A DNA stretch of 64,000 nucleotides from an uncultured Gammaproteobacteria bacterium (lineage in GTDB: Bacteria; Patescibacteriota; Microgenomatia; Daviesbacterales; UBA10151): the NCBI GenBank assembly GCA_964459095.1, contig CAYWKL010000001.1, positions 21,253-85,252 of the forward strand. Direction: 5' to 3'. The position numbers and the translations under genes are program-made. A model generated the notes under the pieces. It saw only the letters and a program-made list of their open reading frames with translations. It made no database searches and was not told the origin of the DNA. Shown in pieces: positions 30,217-40,038 of this stretch (position 1 is the stretch's first letter; every line of letters begins with the position of its first letter).

Positions 30217-31850
30217 AATTTTATAGCATAAAAAGCTGGCTCTTTATTATAAAAGTAAAAGGTTTTAAGAATTTTATTTTTTTCAACACTCTTTATAGGA
30301 ATGCTCCAAGAACTGGCAATAACTAAAGTATTTTTATTTTTTTTATCTTCTCCCCAATTTAGTTTCCTTATAGAGAATTTATCAAAAAGGACTTCTCTTT
30401 CTTTTTTCCCTAACTTATATTCATTTTGCATTTTTTGCGGGTTTAGTTTTCCATAATAGGCCAGATAATAATGTGCGCCTGTGCCAATTCTGGGACTTAC
30501 GTCCCCATATTCTGGGTCAAAAATAATTTGGTTGAAACTGCTATAGTTTGCCCAAATAAATAGTGATACTTCTTTAAAGGGATATTGCAAATCTTGGGAT
30601 TTTTCTCTTGGGTAATTAACAAAGTAAATCATTAGAAAGAAGCCAAAGTTCAAAAGAATTAGAACAGGAATTAATATATATATTGGATACCTAAACTTAA
30701 TTTTTTTTTCTTTTAAAATATTAAAGGCAAAATAAAATCCACAAGCTGATATTATATTTAGCATAGTAAATACCATTATGCTTCTGTGGGGGCTGTGAGC
30801 CTCAAAAGTTAGGCCGCTTGGTATTGTTCCAAGAATTACCCAAGCAAGGATAAATTTTTTTGCGCTAGAAAAATTGCGTAATTTAATCAAATAAATTAAT
30901 CCTAAAATAAAAAAAGGAAATTGCAGAAAATACAAAGGGCCTGAGTCAATTAACCCCTGATTGGTAAGATCAAGTCCGTCTACAAATAAAAAAGTCGGAT
31001 TAAATTGGATCAATAATCTATTAAAACTATACTTGATGATCATTAATTTTTCTTGTACGTAGCTTATTTCTGGGTTTTTTTGTTTGACAAACTGAATTAG
31101 TTCTCCAAGTACTGGATCTTGAGTTATAAACACTGTTTTCGATCTGTATTGTGCATTCGGATTTGTTAAAATAATCAGATAAAGAGGCATTAACAAAAAT
31201 AAAAAGACAAGTATTGGCCAAAAGAAAATCTTTAAATTGTAAGAGGGTTGATTTCTAAAAATTAGAATAAAGGAAATAATCACTAATGGAATAATTAGCG
31301 CATGCGAAAAGTAAGTATACATTGCTAAAGCTAATAGTCCAAAACCAAAATAAAGACTAACTCTTTTTTTAGAAAGTAAAAGACCAAAACCCAAAAGCAT
31401 AAAAAAAATTCCTGCTCCGTTTTCAAAACTTTTGCGTGAAAAAAATATTTCGAAAGGTGCTATAGCAGTAAAAAAGCTGGCTATTAGAGCTACCCGATTA
31501 TTTCTTAATAGCTTAGTAACAAAAAAGTACACTGCAAAAATGTTTAAACTCCCAAAAATTGCTGCTGGAATCCTAATGGTAATTTCTCCTCCACCTAAAA
31601 GAAAAAAGATGGGTACTGTTATATAAGTATAAAAAGGAGATTTGTAATCATTAACTGAAGTAAAAATTGTAGGTAGGAAATTACCATATATATCTTTTCC
31701 GGTTTGCGCTATAGATATAGCATCATAAAGTTGTGTTACCTCATCATGATTTAGTTGTATAGGAAACTCTCCTAACTTGTAAAATCTTAAAAAAACTCCC
31801 AGTAGAAAAATTAATACTAAAATTAAAAATTCTTTGTTCAGTTTAAGCAT
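30213..31850 (-). CDS. ArnT/PMT-like GT-C glycosyltransferase
   Basis: LNHDEVTQLYDA, DYKSPFYTY, APFEIFFSR, PHR. Confidence 0.85.
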   Translation of the reverse strand: MLKLNKEFLILVLIFLLGVFLRFYKLGEFPIQLNHDEVTQLYDAISIAQTGKDIYGNFLPTIFTSVNDYKSPFYTYITVPIFFLLGGGEITIRIPAAIFGSLNIFAVYFFVTKLLRNNRVALIASFFTAIAPFEIFFSRKSFENGAGIFFMLLGFGLLLSKKRVSLYFGFGLLALAMYTYFSHALIIPLVIISFILIFRNQPSYNLKIFFWPILVFLFLLMPLYLIILTNPNAQYRSKTVFITQDPVLGELIQFVKQKNPEISYVQEKLMIIKYSFNRLLIQFNPTFLFVDGLDLTNQGLIDSGPLYFLQFPFFILGLIYLIKLRNFSSAKKFILAWVILGTIPSGLTFEAHSPHRSIMVFTMLNIISACGFYFAFNILKEKKIKFRYPIYILIPVLILLNFGFFLMIYFVNYPREKSQDLQYPFKEVSLFIWANYSSFNQIIFDPEYGDVSPRIGTGAHYYLAYYGKLNPQKMQNEYKLGKKEREVLFDKFSIRKLNWGEDKKNKNTLVIASSWSIPIKSVEKNKILKTFYFYNKEPAFYAIKL

Positions 31851-33430
31851 ATATCTGCTAACAAATAAACCCTTTCCGTATTCGTTGAATCTTTGAATAC
31901 CTTGTTAAACTTTACGCTTTCAAAATATCGTTTTAATCTTTTTATGTCTTTTTCAGTTACATAAGCTCTAGTTTTTGTTAAAGAATACTCGCACCGATTA
32001 AATTTCTCATCCGAGTTAATAGTCCTTATTTGCCATAGTGAACTTTGGTTAAATTTATAAGGAAATTTCAAATTCTCAAAATTATTATCTGGCCTAAAAT
32101 TTGTATTCCATGCAACATAAGGAATAATATCAGTAATAATTTTGTCAGAATAAGCAACAGGGGTATTTCCAAAACTGCTACTTGCATCATCTATCACATT
32201 TTGAATCCAGACAGGACGAATGTTGTTAGTTTTTTTAATAAAACTTATAGGAAAAACTAAATTTAAAATCAACTCAAATAAAGCAAGAATTAAGATTAGG
32301 GAAGATACTCCTAGTCTTAATTTAGAAAGACCTAATGCTATGATCATAGCTACAAATGGCATAAAAAATATAAAGGTTTCTATTGCCGAATTTTGGAAAA
32401 TTAATGGGTAGGTAAAAACAATTATAAAACCTAAAAGGAATCTATAGTTTGTCTCATATCTTATAAGGGTGTAAACTCCTATTAAAAAAGGGATTATCAA
32501 TATTTTTTCCCATACCCCTATTAGGGGAAAATTTATTACTCCTTGGCTATCAAGTTCTCCAAAAAGTTTATCTAAACTTATGTTTGAAAGGTATGAAGAT
32601 AAATTATAGGTTACGTAGTGTGTTTTATTGAAAAATATCTTGCCAAGAATTTGCGCCAAGTTAGCATCATAAACCTGCCCTCTAAGTCTATTAATACCAT
32701 TACTTATACTAAGATCATAAAAATTTAAAAAGTTATTCTCAAGTAAACTCCTTAAGCCTTGTTCAATATTAAGATAAACTATTAAACTTAAAGCAGATAG
32801 GAAAAAGGGTGTTGCGCAAATTAACCATTTATGCTTATTTCCCCATTTTTTTTGCACAAAACATATTGTATAGATTACAAATATTGGCAAGATAAACCAA
32901 GCTATTTTTTCTGTTAATATTATTAGCAGAAATAAAACAATTAGAAGGAAATAGTTTATCTTAGGTCTAATCAAGTAGTAAAATGTAAGGGCAAATAACA
33001 CTGTTAAAACTATTTCCTCATTTGGCACTTTTGAAAGAAAATAAAGGGGAGGAGCAAAAGCTACTAAAACACTCGTATACAAACTAATTGATTTATCTTT
33101 AAATAAGCTTTTTGAGATTAAATAAGAAATCAGAATTAAAAAAGTACCTATAACGATAAATGGCAATCTTACTCCTATCTCATTTTTTCCAAAAAACAGC
33201 TCTCCAAAGGCTACAATATAGGAAACAAGCGGGAGCCGATAGTCACTTAGAGAATTAAATAAAAAAGGTAAGTTTCTTCCTAGCTCATCTGTGGCGAAGT
33301 GAGAAAGTGTATACCCTCTGTACGCAATCCTCGCTTCTTCCTCGGTAAAGTATGGGAAATCAAAATTTATTAATCTAATTAAAAATCCCAAACTCAAAAT
33401 AACAATTATCAGATTTATATTTTTGGTCAT
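31838..33430 (-). CDS. ArnT/PMT-like GT-C protein, divergent motifs
   Basis: FTEEEARIAYRGY, DELGRNLP, DYRLPLVSY, GVRLP; lacks the PHxxR motif of its paralogs. Confidence 0.7.
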   Translation of the reverse strand: MTKNINLIIVILSLGFLIRLINFDFPYFTEEEARIAYRGYTLSHFATDELGRNLPFLFNSLSDYRLPLVSYIVAFGELFFGKNEIGVRLPFIVIGTFLILISYLISKSLFKDKSISLYTSVLVAFAPPLYFLSKVPNEEIVLTVLFALTFYYLIRPKINYFLLIVLFLLIILTEKIAWFILPIFVIYTICFVQKKWGNKHKWLICATPFFLSALSLIVYLNIEQGLRSLLENNFLNFYDLSISNGINRLRGQVYDANLAQILGKIFFNKTHYVTYNLSSYLSNISLDKLFGELDSQGVINFPLIGVWEKILIIPFLIGVYTLIRYETNYRFLLGFIIVFTYPLIFQNSAIETFIFFMPFVAMIIALGLSKLRLGVSSLILILALFELILNLVFPISFIKKTNNIRPVWIQNVIDDASSSFGNTPVAYSDKIITDIIPYVAWNTNFRPDNNFENLKFPYKFNQSSLWQIRTINSDEKFNRCEYSLTKTRAYVTEKDIKRLKRYFESVKFNKVFKDSTNTERVYLLADICLN

Positions 33431-33441
33431 CTTTTATCAAC

Positions 33442-34920
33442 TTATTTTACATATATGCTATATTCTTCTAAAGACGATTTTATTTGTCTAAATCCTTGCT
33501 TATTTAAGGTTTCTTTATCTGCCGAACTAGCAAGTAAAACATCTCCGTCTAAAAGTTTCACTCCTGGCCTCCACATTTTTAAAGGTTTGCTAAAATAAGC
33601 TTTCTCAAAAAACTTTGCTGCGCTAGATTCCTTTTGATAATAATCCCAAAGAATAACTGGTTTAAGTTTATATTTTTTTGAATATTTAGATAGCTCCTTA
33701 AAAGTTATATTTGATGTGCTAGAAAAATCTGTAACAACCTGTCTAGGATATTCGTTCCAATAATAGGAGACAAATTCAATGTAATTTATAAAAACTAAAC
33801 ATAAAATTAAGAAAAAAATTAACTTACTTTTTTTAAGTAAAAAAGATATTCCTTGAGTAGAGATTATTGCAAAAAAAGGCATTAATGCCATTAATCTACT
33901 AGCTCTGTAAATTTGATCAGTCAGCCCGAAAAAAATAGGCGTTAGGAAAAAACAAGCCAAAGCAAAATAAAGAGGCATGCTTTTTTTGGCAACACCCTGG
34001 TAAATACCTGTTAGGAAAAAAGGTAAGGTAAAAAATAAAAACATCCCGTGTTTGCCTGTAGAATGATAAGCAGTAGCATCTCCTTTTAAGAATAAGAAAC
34101 TTAGGTCAAAGGAAGATAAATATGGAAGAAAAAAATCCTGATAATTTGCTAGATGAACTGGCTGGTTATAGTTGAGTAGTGCCCCAGGATATTTGATTAA
34201 ACCGACAGCTATGAATAAAAGTGTAGGTAAAAACCCAGCTAAAAAAAACCTAAGAGACTCCAGCTTTGATTTATTCTTTTTTGTTCTATCAAGTAGGATA
34301 GCTCCTATACCAACTAAAGCATATACAGGTACAATGAGTCTCATACCGTTATATGAAAATATACTTAAACCTAAAGAAATACTCCCCAGGAGCAAATAAA
34401 TATTGCGATTAAGTTTAAAATATTTAAACATCATTAAAATCCAAAAACATATAAAAGGCAAGGGAGCAATATTTTCACTAGCTAAATGGCTTTGTATCAA
34501 AAGCAAGGGTGACATTGAAAAAATTAACAAGCCTATTAAAGATTCTAAGTTAGCGAAAATCTGTTTTAAAATTAAAAAAAGTAAAGTAACACTAACTAAA
34601 GCTATAAAAACACTAACTAACCTTAAATTGAACAAAGATTTTCCAAGTATTTTGAAAACTATGATACTTGAATATATTGTGATAGGCTGCTTCCATTCTT
34701 TTTTGTCTAAGGTTAGAATAAACAAAGGAATAATTCTTTTATTCTCATCACGTAAAGTCTCAGATATAAGAATACTGTTTAAACCAATAGCTGCTTCATC
34801 TCCATTTATTCCAGGAGGTATAGATTCAAGTTTGTACGAAAAAATAAAGAAAAAAATTAAGGATATTAAAAAAATAAATAATATTTCTTTCTTTACGGCA
34901 ATAATTCCCAAACTTTTCAC
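33442..34920 (-). CDS. ArnT/PMT-like GT-C glycosyltransferase
   Basis: GTG start; PPGINGDEAAIGLNS, EWKQPITIY, FLFLKGD, RASR. Confidence 0.8.
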   Translation of the reverse strand: MKSLGIIAVKKEILFIFLISLIFFFIFSYKLESIPPGINGDEAAIGLNSILISETLRDENKRIIPLFILTLDKKEWKQPITIYSSIIVFKILGKSLFNLRLVSVFIALVSVTLLFLILKQIFANLESLIGLLIFSMSPLLLIQSHLASENIAPLPFICFWILMMFKYFKLNRNIYLLLGSISLGLSIFSYNGMRLIVPVYALVGIGAILLDRTKKNKSKLESLRFFLAGFLPTLLFIAVGLIKYPGALLNYNQPVHLANYQDFFLPYLSSFDLSFLFLKGDATAYHSTGKHGMFLFFTLPFFLTGIYQGVAKKSMPLYFALACFFLTPIFFGLTDQIYRASRLMALMPFFAIISTQGISFLLKKSKLIFFLILCLVFINYIEFVSYYWNEYPRQVVTDFSSTSNITFKELSKYSKKYKLKPVILWDYYQKESSAAKFFEKAYFSKPLKMWRPGVKLLDGDVLLASSADKETLNKQGFRQIKSSLEEYSIYVK

Positions 34921-34923
34921 TTA

Positions 34924-35772
34924 CTATTTCTTTCCTAACTTTTGACTAATAAATATACTTAAGCGAATTAATAAGCCAATTAGAAACCCGTGGAAGATGT
35001 TTGCACTTTTTATCTGGTAATATTTCCTTCCTGTTTTCTCTAAGGGGGTAAGTTCAGATAAAAATCCACCATTACCGGTCTTTACTTCATCTTCACTACC
35101 TCCTAGTACATGAGATATTCTTGCTCCAGGAATATAGTAAACTTTAAGTCCTACTTTTTTTATACTCCTACAAAGATCTAGATCCTCATAGTAGAGAAAA
35201 TATTTCTCGTTAAACCCTCCTACTCTTTCAAAAGTATTTTTTTTAATCATCATACATGTCCCATATGCACTTTCCACCTCAATATTGCCCCCTGTCTTTG
35301 GAGCATACTCTGAGTATAAATTTTCTTTGCCAAATACATATTCTCCTATTGCGCGATTTAATGTAGGAAGATTTCTAACCGAAGGTTGTATCTTCCCATT
35401 CATTGTAAAAATTGCAGGAACAACTATTCCTACCTTTTCATTCTTACTAATAAATTCATATAAGATTTCTAAGGTATTCTTATATAGTTTTGTATCAGGA
35501 TTCAAAAAAACTAAATAACTGTTTGAAGCTATATTTGCTCCTATATTATTTGCTACAGAGAATCCAGAATTTTCAGCGCATTCGATTAATTTTATTTTCT
35601 TTTTTTCATTTAAAGCTTTAAACTCTAATATTTTCTGGCAAGTCCTATCACTTGAATTATTATCAACAATAATTAGTTCGGAATCCTCAGAGATGCTTTC
35701 AGCAGTAGATTTAAGATATTCATCTATAGTTTTTTCATTATTGTAAGTAACAGTTATTATTGACAGCTCCAT
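34924..35772 (-). CDS. GT2 glycosyltransferase (WbbL/rhamnosyltransferase-like)
   Basis: VDNNSSD, NSGFSVANN, LNPD, GGFNEKYFLYYEDLD. Confidence 0.85.
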   Translation of the reverse strand: MELSIITVTYNNEKTIDEYLKSTAESISEDSELIIVDNNSSDRTCQKILEFKALNEKKKIKLIECAENSGFSVANNIGANIASNSYLVFLNPDTKLYKNTLEILYEFISKNEKVGIVVPAIFTMNGKIQPSVRNLPTLNRAIGEYVFGKENLYSEYAPKTGGNIEVESAYGTCMMIKKNTFERVGGFNEKYFLYYEDLDLCRSIKKVGLKVYYIPGARISHVLGGSEDEVKTGNGGFLSELTPLEKTGRKYYQIKSANIFHGFLIGLLIRLSIFISQKLGKK

Positions 35773-36845
35773 TAGTTTTTTATTAGATTTTTTATTTTCT
35801 TTTCAAAATGTTCTTCAGAAAATATTAAAGCCTTTTGTTTAGCATTTTTTCTCAATTTTCTAATTTTTTCCTCACTACCTTTTATTATGTTTAATGTATA
35901 CTCCTTTAACTTCGAGAGGTCATTCCATAAAAAACCATTAATACCCTGATCAATTATTTCAGGTTGACCCCCTAAGTTTATAACAACAGGAATGCATTCA
36001 GCAGACATAGCCTCCACAGTTGAAATTCCAAAATGTTCAAACTTTTTAGGATTATTTTCACCAAATCCTGTTGCGTGCCAATAAATTGAGGATTTGCCAT
36101 ATAGCTTTACCAGATCCCCAAAACTTATATTTTCAAAAAACTCAACAGGGTAATTTTTTGCAAGGTTTTTAAGGTATTCAAAGTATTTTTCATTCCCTGA
36201 ACTTAAACCTCCAGCTAAACAAAGCCTCCAATCTTTTAAGCCTTTGTCAACCATTTCTTTAAAAACTTTTATCAGGACATCATGCTTTTTTGGTTTAGAA
36301 AGTGAAAAAAAACCTACAGATAGTATTTGTTTTTCTTTTTTCAAAGGGGCAAGTTTATCTACTTCAACAGGAGGATAGATTACTTCACCCGCTAGATTTA
36401 GGTATTTTTCAATATTCTCTTTTGTAAATTGGGAATTATAAATTGCTTTTGTCCAAGATTTAAGCTTTATCTTTCCAAAAAGGCCACTAGTTTTAACTAC
36501 ATCAAGTGGTGACTGAAAATGTATGAAACTTTTTTTTGCTCCTGATAAAAAAATACTCCCATCAGATAGATAGAAGAAAACATCATATTTAGTTAAAAAT
36601 AAATACCTACTTAGAGCGTTTGAACCAATTCCAAAAGGACCTTTTTTAAAATTAACTTTAGAAAGATTTAAGTCATGAAAGAGGTGTATTTTCTTTTTTA
36701 TTAGATAAATTCCAAGAGAAAATAAATGTGCATCAAGAAGCACGTCTACACTATGCTCTTTAGATAAAACTTCTGCAATTGTTAAAACGTACCTTTCACC
36801 ACCACCTGATGTATCCAAATAGGGTGTATAGATTGCAATTCTCAC
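35772..36845 (-). CDS. GT4 glycosyltransferase
   Basis: GGGERY, EHFGISTVEAM; start set to GTG 36845 (VRIAIYTPY) to avoid overlap. Confidence 0.85.
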   Translation of the reverse strand: MRIAIYTPYLDTSGGGERYVLTIAEVLSKEHSVDVLLDAHLFSLGIYLIKKKIHLFHDLNLSKVNFKKGPFGIGSNALSRYLFLTKYDVFFYLSDGSIFLSGAKKSFIHFQSPLDVVKTSGLFGKIKLKSWTKAIYNSQFTKENIEKYLNLAGEVIYPPVEVDKLAPLKKEKQILSVGFFSLSKPKKHDVLIKVFKEMVDKGLKDWRLCLAGGLSSGNEKYFEYLKNLAKNYPVEFFENISFGDLVKLYGKSSIYWHATGFGENNPKKFEHFGISTVEAMSAECIPVVINLGGQPEIIDQGINGFLWNDLSKLKEYTLNIIKGSEEKIRKLRKNAKQKALIFSEEHFEKKIKNLIKN

Positions 36846-36848
36846 TCT

Positions 36849-36867
36849 ATTAAGTATTATACTTAAT
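36849..36867 (-). promoter_or_regulatory. TATAAT -10 box inside a 9-bp inverted repeat
   Basis: attaagtat-t-atacttaat palindrome; minus-strand TATAAT at 36861-36856, 10 nt before GTG 36845. Confidence 0.4.
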
Positions 36868-36874
36868 TTAAAAA

Positions 36875-38362
36875 TTACTCTACATATCCCCAAAGAGATT
36901 CAGTAAGATTTAAATCCTCAGCAGAGCAAAGCTCCTTAAGGTTTTGAAAATCCTTTTCTCTAGGCTTAACTACTCCAATTATTCCTGAACGGAAATCTAT
37001 TTTCTCATCAGATAAATAAAAAGGTAAAGATATATTATAGACTGGTACATCAAGGGATGGCTTTGTTAGTTTAAGACCATTCAGATAAAAAATATACCTG
37101 AAGCCAAATTGGTTCCCAATTGATGTTATATATGAAATTCCAACACAAGGAAAATTTCTTTTTTTACTATCCTTAAGAATATATGAAGTAATTTCTTGTC
37201 TTTCCTTATATCCAAAATTTGCACTGTCTTTTATATTTACTAACAGATTTAAATTATTTACAAGTATTGCAAAAAACAATATAAGAATTATACGTATTCC
37301 AATTTTTTTGAATTTAACAATATATGCTAGCGCAAATACTATTATTATAAGAAATAAAGTGTCAATATTTGTAAAATAATATTCAGAAATCCCTTTACTT
37401 GAAAAACTAAAAAATAAAACCATTGATGCAAACCATGTAAAAATGATCAGAAAAATTCTTTTGCTTATAAATGCTTTGTAAGAAAGAAAGAATAAAATTA
37501 ACAGGAGTGCTGTCGCAACTATTAAATTTGTTGGAAAGCTGCCTCGCTCTGGAAAAAATAATAAGCCATACGAGTTTGAACTTACGTGAGATAAAACTTT
37601 AATAAATTTTTCGGTGAAGTTGGAGCTTTCCTGACTAAGAATAAAAGAATTAAAAATCGCTTTTAACTGAATAAAACCGTGCCTTGTTTCAAACAGTATT
37701 AATGGTACTACAGGAACTAAAAAAGCTATAAAAGTTTTAATTAGATCTTTTTTAGAAGGTAGCTTTCTGGCCAAAAATAAAGCAACAATAGCAGAGAGTA
37801 GAAGTGGTGCTTCAGCTAAACTGATATGCCAAATAAGTCCAGATAAAAACCCCAAAAGAGGTAAGAAATTTAAATTACCTTTGGCTATATTTACAACTGT
37901 ATAAAAAAACCAGATCTCCCAGATAAACATAGTATTTGTTGGAACTACCCAGCGATCATGCAAAACTCGAGTAAGTAAAACTGATTGCAAAAAAGCCGCC
38001 ATTAAACCTACCCAAACATTAACAAGCTTCTTAAAGATATAAAAATAACTTAAGATTGTTAGAATAGAAAGAACCAACCCAAATAATATTGCACCTGTTG
38101 GAAGCATATTAGTTATCAAAAAAAATGGAACAAGTGAATAATAAAATAACGGGCCAATGAAGATACCTGTTTGGCTTGTTTCTTGCCCTATCAACCTTAA
38201 GTGTTTGTTTACTACAATGTCCTTTACTATCCAGGAATAGATATCCCCATCATGTGCATATTCAAATCTTTCGTATGCTTTGTAAGCTCTAAAAAAAACT
38301 GAAATACAGATTATTATCAATAAAAGAAGCAAAATCTTTTTCCTGAAAAAAAACTTTTTCAT
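36875..38362 (-). CDS. GT-C glycosyltransferase (ArnT-like; paralog of 58007..59503)
   Basis: YAHDGD, IGQETSQTGIFIGPLFYY, PLILFETRHGF. Confidence 0.8.
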   Translation of the reverse strand: MKKFFFRKKILLLLLIIICISVFFRAYKAYERFEYAHDGDIYSWIVKDIVVNKHLRLIGQETSQTGIFIGPLFYYSLVPFFLITNMLPTGAILFGLVLSILTILSYFYIFKKLVNVWVGLMAAFLQSVLLTRVLHDRWVVPTNTMFIWEIWFFYTVVNIAKGNLNFLPLLGFLSGLIWHISLAEAPLLLSAIVALFLARKLPSKKDLIKTFIAFLVPVVPLILFETRHGFIQLKAIFNSFILSQESSNFTEKFIKVLSHVSSNSYGLLFFPERGSFPTNLIVATALLLILFFLSYKAFISKRIFLIIFTWFASMVLFFSFSSKGISEYYFTNIDTLFLIIIVFALAYIVKFKKIGIRIILILFFAILVNNLNLLVNIKDSANFGYKERQEITSYILKDSKKRNFPCVGISYITSIGNQFGFRYIFYLNGLKLTKPSLDVPVYNISLPFYLSDEKIDFRSGIIGVVKPREKDFQNLKELCSAEDLNLTESLWGYVE

Positions 38363-39172
38363 TTAAAGCTTAAAGGAGAAGTTGTTCCTCAGGAGTTCTT
38401 CATCTATTTCTTTATAAATTTGTTCTCTTGTTTTAGGTTGTTGAAACTCCCAAAGTCTTATATAAGTAATAATTAAGCTGAATACTTGTAGTATTGAATC
38501 TATCACCCCAATAGTTCCTGAGAAAAAACCTTTTTTTATAATCCCTTGATTTATTGTTTCAGTAAGTAAAATTCTAAGCAGTCTCCACCCAACCATTTTT
38601 GGATGTCCTGATCTTAATCTTAAGTTTGCATCTATTTTTGAGTAGTCGAGACTTTTAAGAACTATTTGATCAATATTTCTGTGGGTTAAGTGTAGAAGGG
38701 ATTTTTTTGTATATCCTAAGGATCCTTTAAATGTAGCATACTCATGTACACTCCCTACCCAACTTATAAAATCAGATTTTTTAATAAGTCTTATAACCCA
38801 GTCTGGCCAAAAGGGACCATATTTTTCTTCCTTACCAAAAATTATATTTTTTCTTGACAGTGCATATGCTGAGTGCTCTGAATTAGAAACCAAAGTAAGT
38901 ATTTCTTCCTTTAAATCCTTTAGCACTCTTTCATCAGCATCTACATATAAAATCCAGTCTCCTTTAGTTTTATCAAATGCAAAGGTTCGCAAACTTGAAA
39001 AATCTTCCATTTCTACAGAAAAAATTTTTTCTGTGTATTTTTTTGCAATATCTTTAGTTTTATCAGTTGAAGCGTTATCAACAACAATTATCTCATCAGC
39101 CCATTTAACAGATTCTAGACATGTTGAGATTTTATCTTCTTCGTTTTTTGCTATGACTGCAACGCTTAACAT
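38363..39172 (-). CDS. GT2 glycosyltransferase (WaaE/KdtX-like)
   Basis: AKNEE, VDNASTD, VDADERV, WPDWVIRL, VHE. Confidence 0.85.
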   Translation of the reverse strand: MLSVAVIAKNEEDKISTCLESVKWADEIIVVDNASTDKTKDIAKKYTEKIFSVEMEDFSSLRTFAFDKTKGDWILYVDADERVLKDLKEEILTLVSNSEHSAYALSRKNIIFGKEEKYGPFWPDWVIRLIKKSDFISWVGSVHEYATFKGSLGYTKKSLLHLTHRNIDQIVLKSLDYSKIDANLRLRSGHPKMVGWRLLRILLTETINQGIIKKGFFSGTIGVIDSILQVFSLIITYIRLWEFQQPKTREQIYKEIDEELLRNNFSFKL

Positions 39173-39192
39173 TATTAAAATTTATCATATCA

Positions 39193-40038
39193 TTACAAAC
39201 TCCCTTTTCCAAACTTACATAAAAGAAAATCTATAAAAGCTTTGCGTTTTGCAGAATTCCTTAAATTCCTTAGTGCCTCCCTAATTAATGCTAATCTTGT
39301 TCGAAATGGTAAAAACTTTGAAGCAAGAAGTAATCTATTTCTTGTAATATAGTAGTCCTGTAAGGAGGAACCAAGACCTGTTGATTTTGCGTTATCATGA
39401 AAAATAAGTGCCTGGGGAACATACATTATTTTAAAACCTGCTTTTTTAGCCCGCAAACAAAAATCCGTGTCTTCATAATATAAAAAGTATCTCACATCAA
39501 ATATACCAATTTTTTCAAACACTTTCGCCCTTACAAATATTGCTGCGCCGGTTGCAAAGTCCACTTCTAAATCCTTATCAAATTGACCTTCATCTTTTTG
39601 ATCTACTCCGATATGAGACCCTAATACATTCTCAGAATCAAATTCTCCACCCGCATACCAAATTATTTTAGAGTTTGCAAAATAAATTTTGGGGCTTGAG
39701 ATGTCTGAGGAGTGCTCCTTAGACTTCTCAAGAAGTACCCGAATAGTATTTTTTTCAATATAGGTGTCTGGGTTTAAAATAAAAACATACTCATTTTTTT
39801 CTTCTAGTGCTTTTTTTATACCAACATTATTTCCACCACTGTAACCTAGATTTTCACCTGTTTGCATAAATGTAAGATTATTCTTTTTTGGAAGTCCTTC
39901 CTCCAGGCCATCCCCTGAGTTATTATCCAATACAATGATTTGTAAATCCTTATAAGAAGAATTTAAGACTGACCTTACACACTTTAAGGTTAAGTCCTTA
40001 ACTTTGTAATTCAAAATTACAACAGCGATTTTTTCCAT
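39193..40038 (-). CDS. GT2 glycosyltransferase (WbbL/GT_2_like_c type)
   Basis: LDNNSGD, NLGYSGGNN, LNPD, YFLYYEDTD, YYITRNR. Confidence 0.85.
   Translation of the reverse strand: MEKIAVVILNYKVKDLTLKCVRSVLNSSYKDLQIIVLDNNSGDGLEEGLPKKNNLTFMQTGENLGYSGGNNVGIKKALEEKNEYVFILNPDTYIEKNTIRVLLEKSKEHSSDISSPKIYFANSKIIWYAGGEFDSENVLGSHIGVDQKDEGQFDKDLEVDFATGAAIFVRAKVFEKIGIFDVRYFLYYEDTDFCLRAKKAGFKIMYVPQALIFHDNAKSTGLGSSLQDYYITRNRLLLASKFLPFRTRLALIREALRNLRNSAKRKAFIDFLLCKFGKGSL

Noticed and set aside
34403-34945. 180-aa plus-strand ORF
   Set aside because: Antisense shadow of a hydrophobic membrane gene; the Lys/Ile-rich sequence mirrors Phe/Leu codons and has no motifs.
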